Positions 19,655 through 29,565 of a DNA stretch of 64,000 nucleotides are shown here, piece by piece. How positions within the stretch are numbered: position 1 is the first letter of the stretch; each line of letters starts with the position of its first letter. The stretch is from an uncultured Actinomycetes bacterium (GTDB taxonomy: Bacteria > Actinomycetota > Thermoleophilia > UBA2241). Below the pieces are notes generated by a model that made no database searches, was not told the DNA's origin, and saw only the letters and a list, made by a program, of their open reading frames with translations. Made by a program: the position numbers and the translations under genes. The DNA lies in NCBI GenBank assembly GCA_963725665.1, contig CAVRZA010000006.1, positions 384,001-448,000 of the forward strand, given 5' to 3'.

Positions 19655-19989
19655 GCTCGTTGCGACGCGTGCGCCAGCAGGCGCGGAACGCGCTCAGGAT
19701 TCTAGCAAACGGCGGCGCCCCCGATCGCGCTGCGCTACCACGGGCTCATGCGACAGGTGCCGACCGCCGGCGGGGGAAGCATTGTGAAGCTTGTGAAGGA
19801 CCATGAGATCCACACGAAGATTCTCGACTTCCGCCCTCTTTGCAGGAGAAACGGACACACGGCGAACGTTTGCTGCATGTTTCAACATGCGGGATGCAGG
19901 CCATAAGCAAGGTAGATGCTAGGAGCATAATACGTACCACTCTTCGCGCCGCAAGGGCGGCGTCTCATCGGGGAGAAGGTGATGCGATC

Positions 19990-20409
19990 ATGCAGCAGGC
20001 AAAGCCGAAGTGGCTGAGAAGCACGAAGGGCACCCCGTTCACTGGCATCGGGTCGCTCGAGGCCGACATCCTGGCCATCATCTGGGAGAAGGACCGGGCG
20101 ACGGTGCGCGACGTGTACGAGGCGCTCCGGCAGCAGCGCCCGATCGCCTACACCACCGTCATGACGGTGATGAACAACCTGGTGAAGAAGAACTTGCTGT
20201 CCCAGGACAAGACCAACATCGCTTACGTCTACACTCCGGCGATCCCCGGTGCCGAGGTAGCCCAGACCATCCTCGACAGCGTCGTACAGCGCCTGTTGCG
20301 CGGGCAGCCGAACATCGCCGTGTCGTATCTCCTCGGCCTCAAGACGGTGCTGACACCGCAGCAGACCGAAGAGCTCAAGAAGTACGCCGAGGAGCGTCTC
20401 GGCGCATAG
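19990..20409 (+). CDS. BlaI/MecI/CopY family transcriptional regulator
   Basis: GSLEADIL.IIW...ATVRDV...IAYTTVMTVMNNLVKK...AYVY. Confidence 0.92.
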   Translation: MQQAKPKWLRSTKGTPFTGIGSLEADILAIIWEKDRATVRDVYEALRQQRPIAYTTVMTVMNNLVKKNLLSQDKTNIAYVYTPAIPGAEVAQTILDSVVQRLLRGQPNIAVSYLLGLKTVLTPQQTEELKKYAEERLGA

Positions 20410-20417
20410 CCGACGAC

Positions 20418-20450
20418 GAGGGGCGGCCCCAGGCCGCCCCTCTTGTTCTT
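20418..20450 (+). terminator. Rho-independent terminator
   Basis: GAGGGGCGGCC-CCA-GGCCGCCCCTC followed by TTGTTCTT. Confidence 0.8.
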
Positions 20451-20608
20451 CAGCCACTGCAGAGGTCGCGTCTCAACGAGTGGCGCGTGCCGGCAGCCAA
20501 GCCTGAGCGTCGCACAAGCGTCGAGATCCTCACCAAGTCGACGCACTCGCTGAAGCCGCTCTCACTCCTCCGCTCTCGGGCCCCACAGCGCCCTCGGCGC
20601 GCGCCCCT

Positions 20609-22387
20609 TCACATGCTCTCCGGCGCGCTCACGCCCAGCAGCCTCAGACCGCTGGCGAGCGTCGCCTGCGTCGCCCTGCACAGCCCGACGCGGTAGGCGG
20701 CCACATCCTCCTCGTCGGCCAGCACGCGGCAGTGGCGATAGAAGACGTGGAACTCCGCCGCCAGCTCGCCGAGATAGGCGTGCAGGCGATGCGGCGCGCG
20801 GCGCAGCGTGGCCTCGCGTACCACCAACGGAAAGCGCGCCAGCGCGCGTACGAGCGCGCGCTCACACGGCCCGAGGTCGAGCTCGCGGAGGCGGGCGCGT
20901 GGCGCGGGCGCCGCGGCGCCCGCGCCACGCGCCTCCAGGTTCTTGAGGATGCTGCAGATGCGCGCGTGCGCGTACTGCACGTAGTACACCGGGTTCTTAC
21001 TCGACTGCTCGACCGCCAAGTCGAGGTCAAGCTCGAGCGTCGAGTCGTGACTGCGTCCGACCAGGAAGAAGCGCGCCGCGTCGACACCGATCGCGTCGAG
21101 AAGGTCGTCGACGGTGACGATGTCCCCTCTGCGCTTGCTCATGCGCCGAGCCTCGCCGCTCTCGGTGAGGTTCACGAGCTGACCGATGATGAGCTCCAGC
21201 GTGTCGGGATCGTGCGGCGGCAGCGCCGTGAAGGCCGCTTTCATACGTGGCACGTAGCCGTGGTGGTCGGCGCCCCAGATGTCGATCAGGTGCTCGAAGC
21301 CGCGGTCGAGCTTGTCGCGGTGGTAAGCGATGTCGGAGAGGAAGTAGGTCGGCGCGCCGCTCTGCCGGACAAGGACCCGGTCCTTGTCGTCGCCGTACTC
21401 GGTCGTGCGCAGCCAAACGGCGCCTTCTTCATCGTAGAGCAGCCCCTCCCCGTCCATCTGCCGCAGCGCCCTGCCAACCTCGCCGCGGAACCCGCGGTGT
21501 TGCTCTTCGCCGCCCTCGTAGAGCGTCGTCTCGCTCTTCCAGACGTCGAAGGGCACACCCAGACGCCCGAGTGAGGCGCGGAACAAGGCCAGGACCCTGT
21601 CGCGCCCCCATAAGCCGATCTCGGTCACGACGCCCTCGGGGATCGCTTCGGCGTGCGGCGCCGCCGCGCTCACGACGTCCTTGTACCGCTCTCCGAGCTC
21701 GTCGACGAGCTCGCGTGCGATGTCGGCCAGGTACTCGCCCAGATAGCCCTCGGCCGGCAGATCGACGGCGATGCCGAGAGTCTGACCGTAGCGAGCCGCA
21801 AGCGACTGCCCAAAACGCACCATCTGCGTGCCGTAGTCGTTCACGTAGAACTCGCGCGTCACATCGTGGCCGGCGAAGGCGAAGATGCGGCAGAGCGCGT
21901 CCCCGTAGGCGGCGTAGCGCGCGTGACCGACGTGCAGGGGGCCGGTCGGATTGACGCTCACGAACTCGACATTGACCCGGCGGCGCTCGCCCGCATCAAG
22001 GACGCCGTTCCCGTATACCTCGCCGGCGTCGAGCATGTGCTGCAGCGCGCCACGATACCAGGCTGGGCCGAGGAAGAGGTTGAGGAAGCCCGGCCCCGCG
22101 ACCTCGTAGCGCTCGCCCACCGCCGCCCCGTCGCCGACGAGCCAGCGACGGCCGATCTCGTCAGCGAGGTCGCGGGGCCGGCGGCCGCTCCTGCCCGCCA
22201 AGACAAGGGCCACATTGGAGGAGACGTCGCCGAACTCGGGCCGCGGCGGCACGGTGAGCTCGATGCCTTGCCGGTCGAGGACCGGCAGGACGCCACTCGC
22301 GCTCATCTCGTCGACGACACGCTCGAGCGAGCGGGCCAGTCCGGCGAAGTCGAACAGCCCGCAATCAGGGTGGTCAGCCTCGTTCAT
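20609..22387 (-). CDS. argS: Arginine--tRNA ligase
   Basis: EFVSVNPTGPLHVGH, GADHHGY, MSKRRG, YYVQYAHAR, APESM. Confidence 0.97.
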   Translation of the reverse strand: MNEADHPDCGLFDFAGLARSLERVVDEMSASGVLPVLDRQGIELTVPPRPEFGDVSSNVALVLAGRSGRRPRDLADEIGRRWLVGDGAAVGERYEVAGPGFLNLFLGPAWYRGALQHMLDAGEVYGNGVLDAGERRRVNVEFVSVNPTGPLHVGHARYAAYGDALCRIFAFAGHDVTREFYVNDYGTQMVRFGQSLAARYGQTLGIAVDLPAEGYLGEYLADIARELVDELGERYKDVVSAAAPHAEAIPEGVVTEIGLWGRDRVLALFRASLGRLGVPFDVWKSETTLYEGGEEQHRGFRGEVGRALRQMDGEGLLYDEEGAVWLRTTEYGDDKDRVLVRQSGAPTYFLSDIAYHRDKLDRGFEHLIDIWGADHHGYVPRMKAAFTALPPHDPDTLELIIGQLVNLTESGEARRMSKRRGDIVTVDDLLDAIGVDAARFFLVGRSHDSTLELDLDLAVEQSSKNPVYYVQYAHARICSILKNLEARGAGAAAPAPRARLRELDLGPCERALVRALARFPLVVREATLRRAPHRLHAYLGELAAEFHVFYRHCRVLADEEDVAAYRVGLCRATQATLASGLRLLGVSAPESM

Positions 22388-22432
22388 GACAACGTCTCCA
22401 CATCGCTCCGCCGGTCGAAGGAAGCCGGCCTC

Positions 22433-22897
22433 TTAGTGATGGTAGGTCTCCCCCCGCGTGATCTTCAAGCCGCGGAAGAGTTGCTCGGCCAAGACGACGC
22501 GGGCAAGCTGATGGGGCAGCGTCAGCGCCGAGAGTGAGAGCAGCTCGTCGACGGCCGTCAGCACCGTCTCGTCGAGGCCCAGCGAACCTCCGATGACGAA
22601 GGTGACGGGTCCCTCCTCCAGACGCCGCCGCAGCTCGTCAGCGAAGCCGAACGAGTCCGGCGTCCGCCCGGCGCCGTCGAGCGCCACCGTCCGCCCTGAT
22701 GCCGGCAGCAGAGCCAGCAGCCGGCGCCCTTCATCGCGCAGGACCTCGCTCTCGCTGCGCCCGCGCAGCGGCACCGCCTTCACCTCTCGCACCTCGAGCG
22801 TGGCGAGGCCGCGGAGCAGTCGGCGGTAGTGCTCGAAGGCCGGCGCGAAGTGGCCGTCCAAGGCGCCGACCGCAAGGATATGGATGCGCGGCGCCAT
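22433..22897 (-). CDS. rlmH: 23S rRNA pseudouridine-N3 methyltransferase RlmH
   Basis: FVIGGSLG, LTLPHQLARVVLAEQLFR, C-terminal YHH. Confidence 0.95.
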   Translation of the reverse strand: MAPRIHILAVGALDGHFAPAFEHYRRLLRGLATLEVREVKAVPLRGRSESEVLRDEGRRLLALLPASGRTVALDGAGRTPDSFGFADELRRRLEEGPVTFVIGGSLGLDETVLTAVDELLSLSALTLPHQLARVVLAEQLFRGLKITRGETYHH

Positions 22898-23004
22898 GTC
22901 ACCACGCTATCACCCCTCCCCTCCACGTACCACATCTCCCGGCGCCGCGTTCACTTCGTCCACGGAGGGGGGAGAGTATCGATGAGAGCAAGCGGAGGCT
23001 GCAG

Positions 23005-23190
23005 GTGGACGACGATCAGGTAGCGCCGGAGACGGCTGCCGGCGAGGGCATCTGCGTGGAGTGCGGCGGGCTTATCCCGCGCGAGCGCCTGGTGACGCTC
23101 GCGGACGTGTTCCGCTGCGGCGAATGCACTCGCACTTACGAGGCCGCGAGCGGACCGGCGGCAGCAGAGAGGCTTGGGAAGACAGCGTAG
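23005..23190 (+). CDS. Small TraR/DksA C4-type zinc-finger protein
   Basis: GICVECGGLIPRERL...RCGEC; GTG 23005 preceded by GGAGG. Confidence 0.7.
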   Translation: MDDDQVAPETAAGEGICVECGGLIPRERLVTLADVFRCGECTRTYEAASGPAAAERLGKTA

Positions 23191-23225
23191 GCCCCTCGGC
23201 AGGCGCGGGGAGGATCCTGGGCCGG

Positions 23226-24392
23226 TCAGACGCCGGGCGCGTAGAAGACGACGTGACCGACGCCTTCGCCTTTGGCGACGTACATCGACGTCGTCGCCTT
23301 GCCGACCAGTTCCTCGACCGTCGGTCCGTCTTCCGGATACGACGCGACGCCGGCACACGCCGTCAGCGTGAACCTCCGCCCCGTCGCCTCAAAGGACATC
23401 CCGCTCACCGACGCCAGCAGCCTCTGCAGCGCGGTCCCGGCTTCCTGCTCGGCAGTCTCGGGCAACGCAAGGAGGAACTCGTCGGCGCCGTAGCGACAGA
23501 CGAGGTCGCAGCGGCGCACGCGCGCGTTCAGCGCGCTCGCCCACTGCCGCAGCACCTCGTCGCCGGCCTGCCTGCCCGCCGTCTCGTTGACCAGTGCGAA
23601 ACCGTCGACATCGAGCATCACGAAGGTGACGTGACGTCCGTACCGCTCGGCACGGACGAGCTCGAGGGCGGCGTGCTCCCGCAAGTGACGGTAGTTGAGG
23701 AGGCCGGTCAGCGGATCGCGCGTCTCCAGGGCCCGCCGCTCCTGCATCAGCCGCAGGTTCTCGACCGCCACATCCGATTGCTCGGCTAGGGTCGCGAGCA
23801 GGCGGCGCTGGTCGTCCCCCCGGGACCCGTCCTCGAGGAACAGGTAGCTCTCTCCGTCTGAGGAGTAAGCCTCGAACTGGCAGACGGTGTCGCCGAGACC
23901 GCAGCAGAGAGTCTCCTTGCTGATCACCTCGCGCCCGGTGATGCGCTCGAGCATGCCATCGATGAGACCGTGCTCGAGCGTGCACAGCGGGGCGCCGACG
24001 GCCGGCAGGCGATGGCACGTGAGGCAATGTGAGAGCTTGACCAGGACTTTCTCCTCGTCGAGCTCGACCTCGACCTCGCCGAGGTCCATCCCGCGGAACC
24101 AGTCCTTGAGCGCCTGAATCGAGCCCAGCTTGAGGTCGCGGCTGAAGTCCTTCGCCGCAAGGTACAGCACGGAACGCGTGCTCGCACCCAGCACGCGCGG
24201 CAGCAAGGCGAACTGCAGGAGCCGGAAGAGCGGCAGCGACGCGCGCTCCTCGCCATTGGAGGCGGCCAGGATCTGCTCGGACGTGGGGAGGGAAAGCTCT
24301 TCGTCGGGACGCGTCAGCGCCAGCAGGTTGCGCAGGTTGCGCGCGAACAGACCCGCCAGTGATAGCTCCTCATACGCGCGGGACGATGCTAT
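23226..24392 (-). CDS. V4R domain + degenerate GGDEF domain protein; start probably non-canonical ATA
   Basis: GMDLG...CLTC...LC...ETLCCGLGDTVCQF (V4R); RDPLTGLLN, MLDVDGF, RYGADEF. Frame open from TGA 24408-24410. Confidence 0.85.
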   Translation of the reverse strand: MASSRAYEELSLAGLFARNLRNLLALTRPDEELSLPTSEQILAASNGEERASLPLFRLLQFALLPRVLGASTRSVLYLAAKDFSRDLKLGSIQALKDWFRGMDLGEVEVELDEEKVLVKLSHCLTCHRLPAVGAPLCTLEHGLIDGMLERITGREVISKETLCCGLGDTVCQFEAYSSDGESYLFLEDGSRGDDQRRLLATLAEQSDVAVENLRLMQERRALETRDPLTGLLNYRHLREHAALELVRAERYGRHVTFVMLDVDGFALVNETAGRQAGDEVLRQWASALNARVRRCDLVCRYGADEFLLALPETAEQEAGTALQRLLASVSGMSFEATGRRFTLTACAGVASYPEDGPTVEELVGKATTSMYVAKGEGVGHVVFYAPGV

Positions 24393-24490
24393 GGTGCCCC
24401 TCCCCCCTCAATGAAGGGTGCCCTAGGCGACTGCGATACTCTCCCGAGGCGGCCCGCTGCCTCTGGCCCCGAAGGGCAGAGTCTAGGATT

Positions 24491-24519
24491 ACTATAGTGC
24501 ATGTCGGGAAGGGCTTGAA
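24491..24519 (-). promoter_or_regulatory. Putative sigma70-type promoter for the V4R-GGDEF gene
   Basis: TTCAAG-N17-TATAGT on the minus strand. Confidence 0.45.
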
Positions 24520-24575
24520 CGGGCGGCAGCCCGGGAACGAGGGGAAGCGTTGCCTGGAAAGCCGACGTACGTAGC

Positions 24576-25379
24576 ATGAATGAGACACCGGGACATCATC
24601 CGCGACACCCTCACGGCGGCCCCGAGCGCGAACACGGAGCGGGGGAGCGCCGGCGTCCCGGTGTCCACGAGCACGAACACGCTCCGCCAGCGCATGCCGA
24701 GCATCCGCACGTACACGTCGCCCACCACAAGCGCGCCCTGCGCGAGCACGTCCTGGCACGTCGCGATCGCCTCCCGGCAGCCGCGCGGCGCACCCACAGC
24801 GCTCGCGTCTTCGACCACCTCATGACGTTGCCAGAGCTGAAGACGGCGACCAGCGTCATGTGCTTCGTCTCGTTCGGAAGCGAGGTAGACACCGCGCCGC
24901 TCGTGCGCTGGTGCCTCGAGCAGGGCAAGCGTGTCGCTCTGCCGCGCATCGTCGGCAGGCGCCACATGGAGGCCTTCTGGGTGACCGATCCCGCGGCCGA
25001 CCTCGAGAGCGGCTCGTACGGTATCCGCGAGCCGCGTTCCGGCCTGCCCCAAGCGTCACCGGAGGCGATCGACCTGATCGTGGTGCCCGGCAGTGCCTTC
25101 GACCGCTCCGGCGACCGCATGGGCTACGGAGGCGGTTTCTACGACACCTTCTTGCCGAGGCTGCGCCCGGGGACGCCGCGCGTGGCGGTCGCCTTCGATC
25201 TGCAGCTCGTCGACGACGTGCCCGAGGAGGGCCACGATTTGAGTGTCGACGTGCTGGTGACCGAGCGCGGGGTGCTGCGTTGTGTGCGCGAGGACGCTGG
25301 GGAGGCGAGTCGCGAGGCGGGCGATTCTACCCCGCGGACTCCATCATCCCAGCCGCCAGGCGACGCACATCAGCGATGA
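24576..25379 (+). CDS. 5-formyltetrahydrofolate cyclo-ligase with His-rich N-terminal extension
   Basis: KRALRE, SEVDT, YGIREP, VPGSAFDRSGDRMGYGGGFYD, HDLSVD. Confidence 0.93.
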   Translation: MNETPGHHPRHPHGGPEREHGAGERRRPGVHEHEHAPPAHAEHPHVHVAHHKRALREHVLARRDRLPAAARRTHSARVFDHLMTLPELKTATSVMCFVSFGSEVDTAPLVRWCLEQGKRVALPRIVGRRHMEAFWVTDPAADLESGSYGIREPRSGLPQASPEAIDLIVVPGSAFDRSGDRMGYGGGFYDTFLPRLRPGTPRVAVAFDLQLVDDVPEEGHDLSVDVLVTERGVLRCVREDAGEASREAGDSTPRTPSSQPPGDAHQR

Positions 25380-25899
25380 GCTTGTCGTTCTTCGCCGCAT
25401 CGCCGATCCTGGAAGCCAGCCCGCACGCCACCAGCGGCTTGAGCCGGCCGTCGCTGCTGAAGGCCACGTAGCGCCGCAGTGTGTCGATGACCTTGCCCAG
25501 ACCAGTGCTCTCGGCGACGGCGACAAGGCCGACAACACGCGCCTTGAGCCACACCCCATGGTTGTAGTTGTGGCAGTTGCGGTCGATGAAGACCTTCATC
25601 TGGCCCGTGACGTCCTCGTAGTAGGACGGCGAGGCGAGGAGCAGGAGGTCGGCTTCGTAGACCTTGCGCAAGAGCAGCGGCATGTCGTCTTCGAGCGGAC
25701 AATCGGCAAGGCGGGCACAGTCATCGTGACCCTCGCAGGGCAGGATGCGGTAGTCGGCCAGCATGAGCTTCTCGCAGCGCGCGCCGCGTCGCTCGAACTC
25801 GTCGATCGCGGCGTCGACGAGGCATGACGTGTTGCCGGCGGCGCGCGGGCTGCCGACGACGCAGACGACGCTGGGCTGGCTCGTGAGACCGATCACCAT
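25327..25899 (-). CDS. Flavodoxin-like / iron-sulfur flavoprotein family
   Basis: GSPRAAGNT, PCEGHDDC...C, ASPSYY, MKVFIDR. Confidence 0.87.
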   Translation of the reverse strand: MVIGLTSQPSVVCVVGSPRAAGNTSCLVDAAIDEFERRGARCEKLMLADYRILPCEGHDDCARLADCPLEDDMPLLLRKVYEADLLLLASPSYYEDVTGQMKVFIDRNCHNYNHGVWLKARVVGLVAVAESTGLGKVIDTLRRYVAFSSDGRLKPLVACGLASRIGDAAKNDKLIADVRRLAAGMMESAG

Positions 25900-25958
25900 C
25901 TCGACTCCCCTGTTGCCGTTCGGCTGCCCGTGGTCACAGACACACGTTCACAGTCGCA

Positions 25959-28387
25959 TCACGCCGGCGAGCTGACTCTGACCTCACCGAGCTCGACAAC
26001 CTGGTGAGCCACGTCGGTCCCATAGTCGTGACACGTGAAGAGGATGACCTGCCGGTCGCTCGCGACTTCCTTCAGCAGTGCCAGGGCCTTGGCGCGACGG
26101 CCAGAGTCGGCGTGGCCCAGCGGATCGTCGAGGAGCCAGAACGGGCGCCGCTCATGGATCAACGCCTCGGAGAGGGCCACCCTCGCCGCGAGGTAGACCT
26201 GGTCGAGTGTGCCGCTCGAGAGCTGCGGGGCGGCGGCGGCTATCCACTCGGGCCCTTCGCCGCTCGCGCGGTGAACCTCGATCGACAGGGTCTCTGGATC
26301 GACGCGCACCTCGTCGTAACGGCCGTCGGTGACTACGGAGAGCATCTCGCCGGTGCGGCGCGCCACCAGCCCGGCGACGTTGCCTCCTACAGTGAGGCGC
26401 GCCTCGGCCAGCACCTCGCGGACCAGCTCGAGCACCTCGACGCGGCGGCGGAGGCGCGCGGCGCGCGCCTCCGCCGCGCCGAGCGCCTCTTGTGCCGCCT
26501 CGAGATCGGCCGCCTCGTAGGCGCCGTCGAGCTCGCGCTCCCAGACCCGAAGGTCGATCCGCAAGCCGTTCTCGCGCCCTTTGAGCTCGTCGACGTCGGC
26601 CTTGAGACGCACCAGCTCGGCGGCCGGGATGGCGTAGGGTCTCTGGTCTTCGAGGCCCTGCTCGGCCTTGTACGCCTCTTTGGCGGCCATGCGCTTTTCC
26701 TTCTTCAGATCATCCTCGGATGGTAGGTCGGTGAGCCTGCCCTTCGCCAGATTGAGTCGCTTCGCCTGCTCGTCGACCTCCTGCCGTAGCCTGTCGCGGC
26801 GAGCGACGGCGCCCTCGCCCGCCGCCGGCTCGGCGGCAAGCTCTGACCGAAAGCGCTCTGCATCTGCGCGTGCCTTGGCCAGTTCCGTGGTCAGGTCGTC
26901 GATGGTGTCTTCGCCCACGATGGCGGCTAGCCTGTCGGCGGCTCTCTGTAGGGCGCTGGACAGTCCGTCGGCTCGTTCGATGCGCCGCTGGAGCTCGCCG
27001 AGATCGGTCGCCGACAGCTCGAAGAGCCGCCGCTCGAGCTCGACCCGCATAGCTTCGGACTCGCTCACTCTGGTCCTGAGCCCGTCGGCTCCGACGCTGA
27101 CGCGCACTTCGGCGAGATCGTCTATGGTCAGCGCCAGCTCGCCCAGCACCTCGGCCGCCGCGCGCTCGCCCGACGTCAGGTCGAGCCGCCGACCGTCCAT
27201 GCGCAACTCGAGGTCGCTCTTCGCCCTCACCTCTACAGTCGCCTGTTGTGCAGCGGCCAGACCTGCGACAGTCTCGATGGTCGTCTGCGCGTTGATTAGC
27301 CTCTGCACCTCGCCCCGGTCGGGGACGGCGCCAAGGGAACCGAGCGCCTCCGTGGCCTCGCCGCGCTCGCGCTCGCACCGGCGCGCCTCGGCGACGATCT
27401 TCTCGAGGCGCGCCCCGTCTGTCTCGGCCTGTGCCAGACGGCCGGCGAGCAGCTCGCGGTCGGCCGCGGCCTTCGCCTCGATCTCGCCCTCGCGCTCGGC
27501 TGCCTGCAACAACGGGCGCAGACGGTCGAGCTCGTTGGAGGCGGTGACGAGTTGCAGCTCGGCCGCCCGCTGCGCCTCGAGCCTGTCGACGACGCGCTCG
27601 AGGGCGGCATCGGCTGCTTCGTGGCGGTCTTTCGCGGCGGCGTGTGCGGCCGCGCGCTCGAGGGCGCGAGACTTGTCGTTGAGCTCGGCCTGAAGGACCG
27701 GCAGCTCGCGCTGGCCGGCGTAAAAGTCGGCGCGCGTCTTGGCCTGGCCGTCGAGCGCGCGCTGGATCTCGTCGCGTTTCGCACGCGCTTTCAGGACGTC
27801 GTCGTCCGCCTTCCACAGGCCGACGGTACGCTTGCTTCGGTGGCCTGATCTCGCGGATCTCTTTGTCGAGCCGCTCGTCGATAGCGCCGAGGTCGACGTC
27901 ACCGACACCCGATATCTTCTGCTCGAGAAGAACGCGCAGGTCGTCGCCCGCCTCGCCCACCTTCTGCAGCTCGTCGGCCTGCACGCAGACGGTGCTGCGC
28001 ACCAAGCGACTCGGTCTCGAGCCCGAGAAGCCCGGCCACCTTGGCTGCGATCGTCTTCTTGTCGTGCCACTCGTCGCCCGTGGTCGCATTGCGCAACAGG
28101 TTCTTCTTGGCCGCGTAGTCGCGCCGGAGAAGGTACTCATCGCCGTCGACCTCGAGCATGAGCTCGACCACAGGGCGCGAGGAGAGCCCCCAGGTGATGG
28201 CCTGCGCGATCTCTCTGGCGGTGCTGCCGGCATCGCGGAACAGAGCGAAGAACACCGCTTCGACGAGCGAGCTCTTGCCGGCCTCGTTCGGGCCCCTGAC
28301 GAGCACGAGGCCGTCGTCAAGCTCGATGGAGAACTCGGGCAGGTTGCGGAACCGCTGCAGCGACAGACCGGCGAGACGTGTGCTCAC
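25959..28387 (-). CDS. SbcC/Rad50-like coiled-coil ABC ATPase (YhaN-like), split by two +1 frameshifts (~28005, ~27830)
   Basis: Walker A GPNEAGKSS, Q-loop TVCVQ, long coiled coil, signature LSSGT, Walker B LLDDP, FTCH spread over three frames; GTG 28387 overlaps the upstream stop. Confidence 0.83.
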
Positions 28388-29469
28388 GGCCGGTCCCCAG
28401 CGAGACGGGAAAGGCCTTCGGCGATCGCTTCGTCGAGGAGATCTTGGTCGAGCCGTGGAAAGCGCTCTCGCAGCAGGCGCACGAACTCGCCGGCGATGCT
28501 GCCCACGGGCGCCTCGACCCCGCTGACGCGCAGACGCAGGCGCGCGTCGTCGATCTCGGTGAACAGCGCCTCTGAGCGCGCGTCGCCGATGCGTTCGCTC
28601 AGGGTTGCGGCCAGGCGCGGGTCGTCGGTGGTGCCGGTGTATATCACGCGCACGACGTCGACGGAGAGACCGTCGCCCGGTTCGCGGCGAAGCTCGGCAA
28701 GGGCGTCGTCGGCGGACATGCCGGGCACGACATGGGCCGCAACCTCTGCGAAGCGGACCGACGCGACCGCCCTCGCCTCGATCGCACCGGAGGACAGATC
28801 GACGAGCGCCGCGGCACCGGAGCCGCGGAAGTCGAACGGCTGCGGAGCACCGCAGTACAGGGCCCGCACCGGCCCCGGCACCTCGAACCAGGTGTGCCAG
28901 TGACCAAGCGCCACGTAGTCCATCGCCGTAGCGCGGATGTCGTCGCCGGTGATGGGATAGTCGCTTTCGTCGACCTCCATGGCGTCTTGGTAGGACCCAT
29001 GCGCCAGGGCGACATTGAAGCGCGCGTCGCCCGGCCGCAGCCCCACCAGGGGGCTCACCGGGTTGCGGTTGGTCGTGTTGACTCGCGCGTGAAAGGCCAC
29101 ATCGCCCACGACGATCGTGGATGGCTCGGGGTCGCTGAAGAGGTGCACGTGCGCCAACTCGCGCCACTCCGGCCGGCGATACACGCTGCCGCCGTCGAGG
29201 CAGTCGTGCGTGCCGGGGATGATGACGATCGGCAGCGGCGCCAGCTCGCGCAGCGCGGAGAACGCCCCGTCGCGGACGGCACGACCGACATCGTTGGAGT
29301 CGAAGAGGTCGCCGGCGATGACGAGCGCATCGGCGCCCGCTTCGACGGCGACCTGCCCGAGACGCGGAATGACCCGGCGTAGCTCGTCGGCAAGCCTGCT
29401 CTGCGCGTCACCGAAGCGAGCGAAGCTCTTACCGAGGTGGATATCGGCGGTGTGGAGAATGCGCGGCAT
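28384..29469 (-). CDS. SbcD/Mre11-like DNA repair exonuclease
   Basis: HTADIHLG, AGDLFD, PGTHD, AHGS, YVALGHWH. Confidence 0.92.
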   Translation of the reverse strand: MPRILHTADIHLGKSFARFGDAQSRLADELRRVIPRLGQVAVEAGADALVIAGDLFDSNDVGRAVRDGAFSALRELAPLPIVIIPGTHDCLDGGSVYRRPEWRELAHVHLFSDPEPSTIVVGDVAFHARVNTTNRNPVSPLVGLRPGDARFNVALAHGSYQDAMEVDESDYPITGDDIRATAMDYVALGHWHTWFEVPGPVRALYCGAPQPFDFRGSGAAALVDLSSGAIEARAVASVRFAEVAAHVVPGMSADDALAELRREPGDGLSVDVVRVIYTGTTDDPRLAATLSERIGDARSEALFTEIDDARLRLRVSGVEAPVGSIAGEFVRLLRERFPRLDQDLLDEAIAEGLSRLAGDRP

Positions 29470-29565
29470 CTCGCGGACTGGTCCTCCTTGGGCCGTGAGG
29501 ATAGCACAGCGGCCAGACGGACCACGGCTTCGGGGTACACTACCGCCACGATGACGTTGCGAGGC

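Noticed and set aside
24411-24575. c-di-GMP-I riboswitch upstream of the GGDEF gene
   Set aside because: Only a GGCAGC-GGG-CCGCC-like segment is present; the GGCAAA/GAAA/GACGCAAAG core is not seen.
25959-29469. SbcCD-like pair as a novel defence system
   Set aside because: It matches the widespread Mre11-like plus coiled-coil ATPase pair, with no accessory defence genes or island signs around it.
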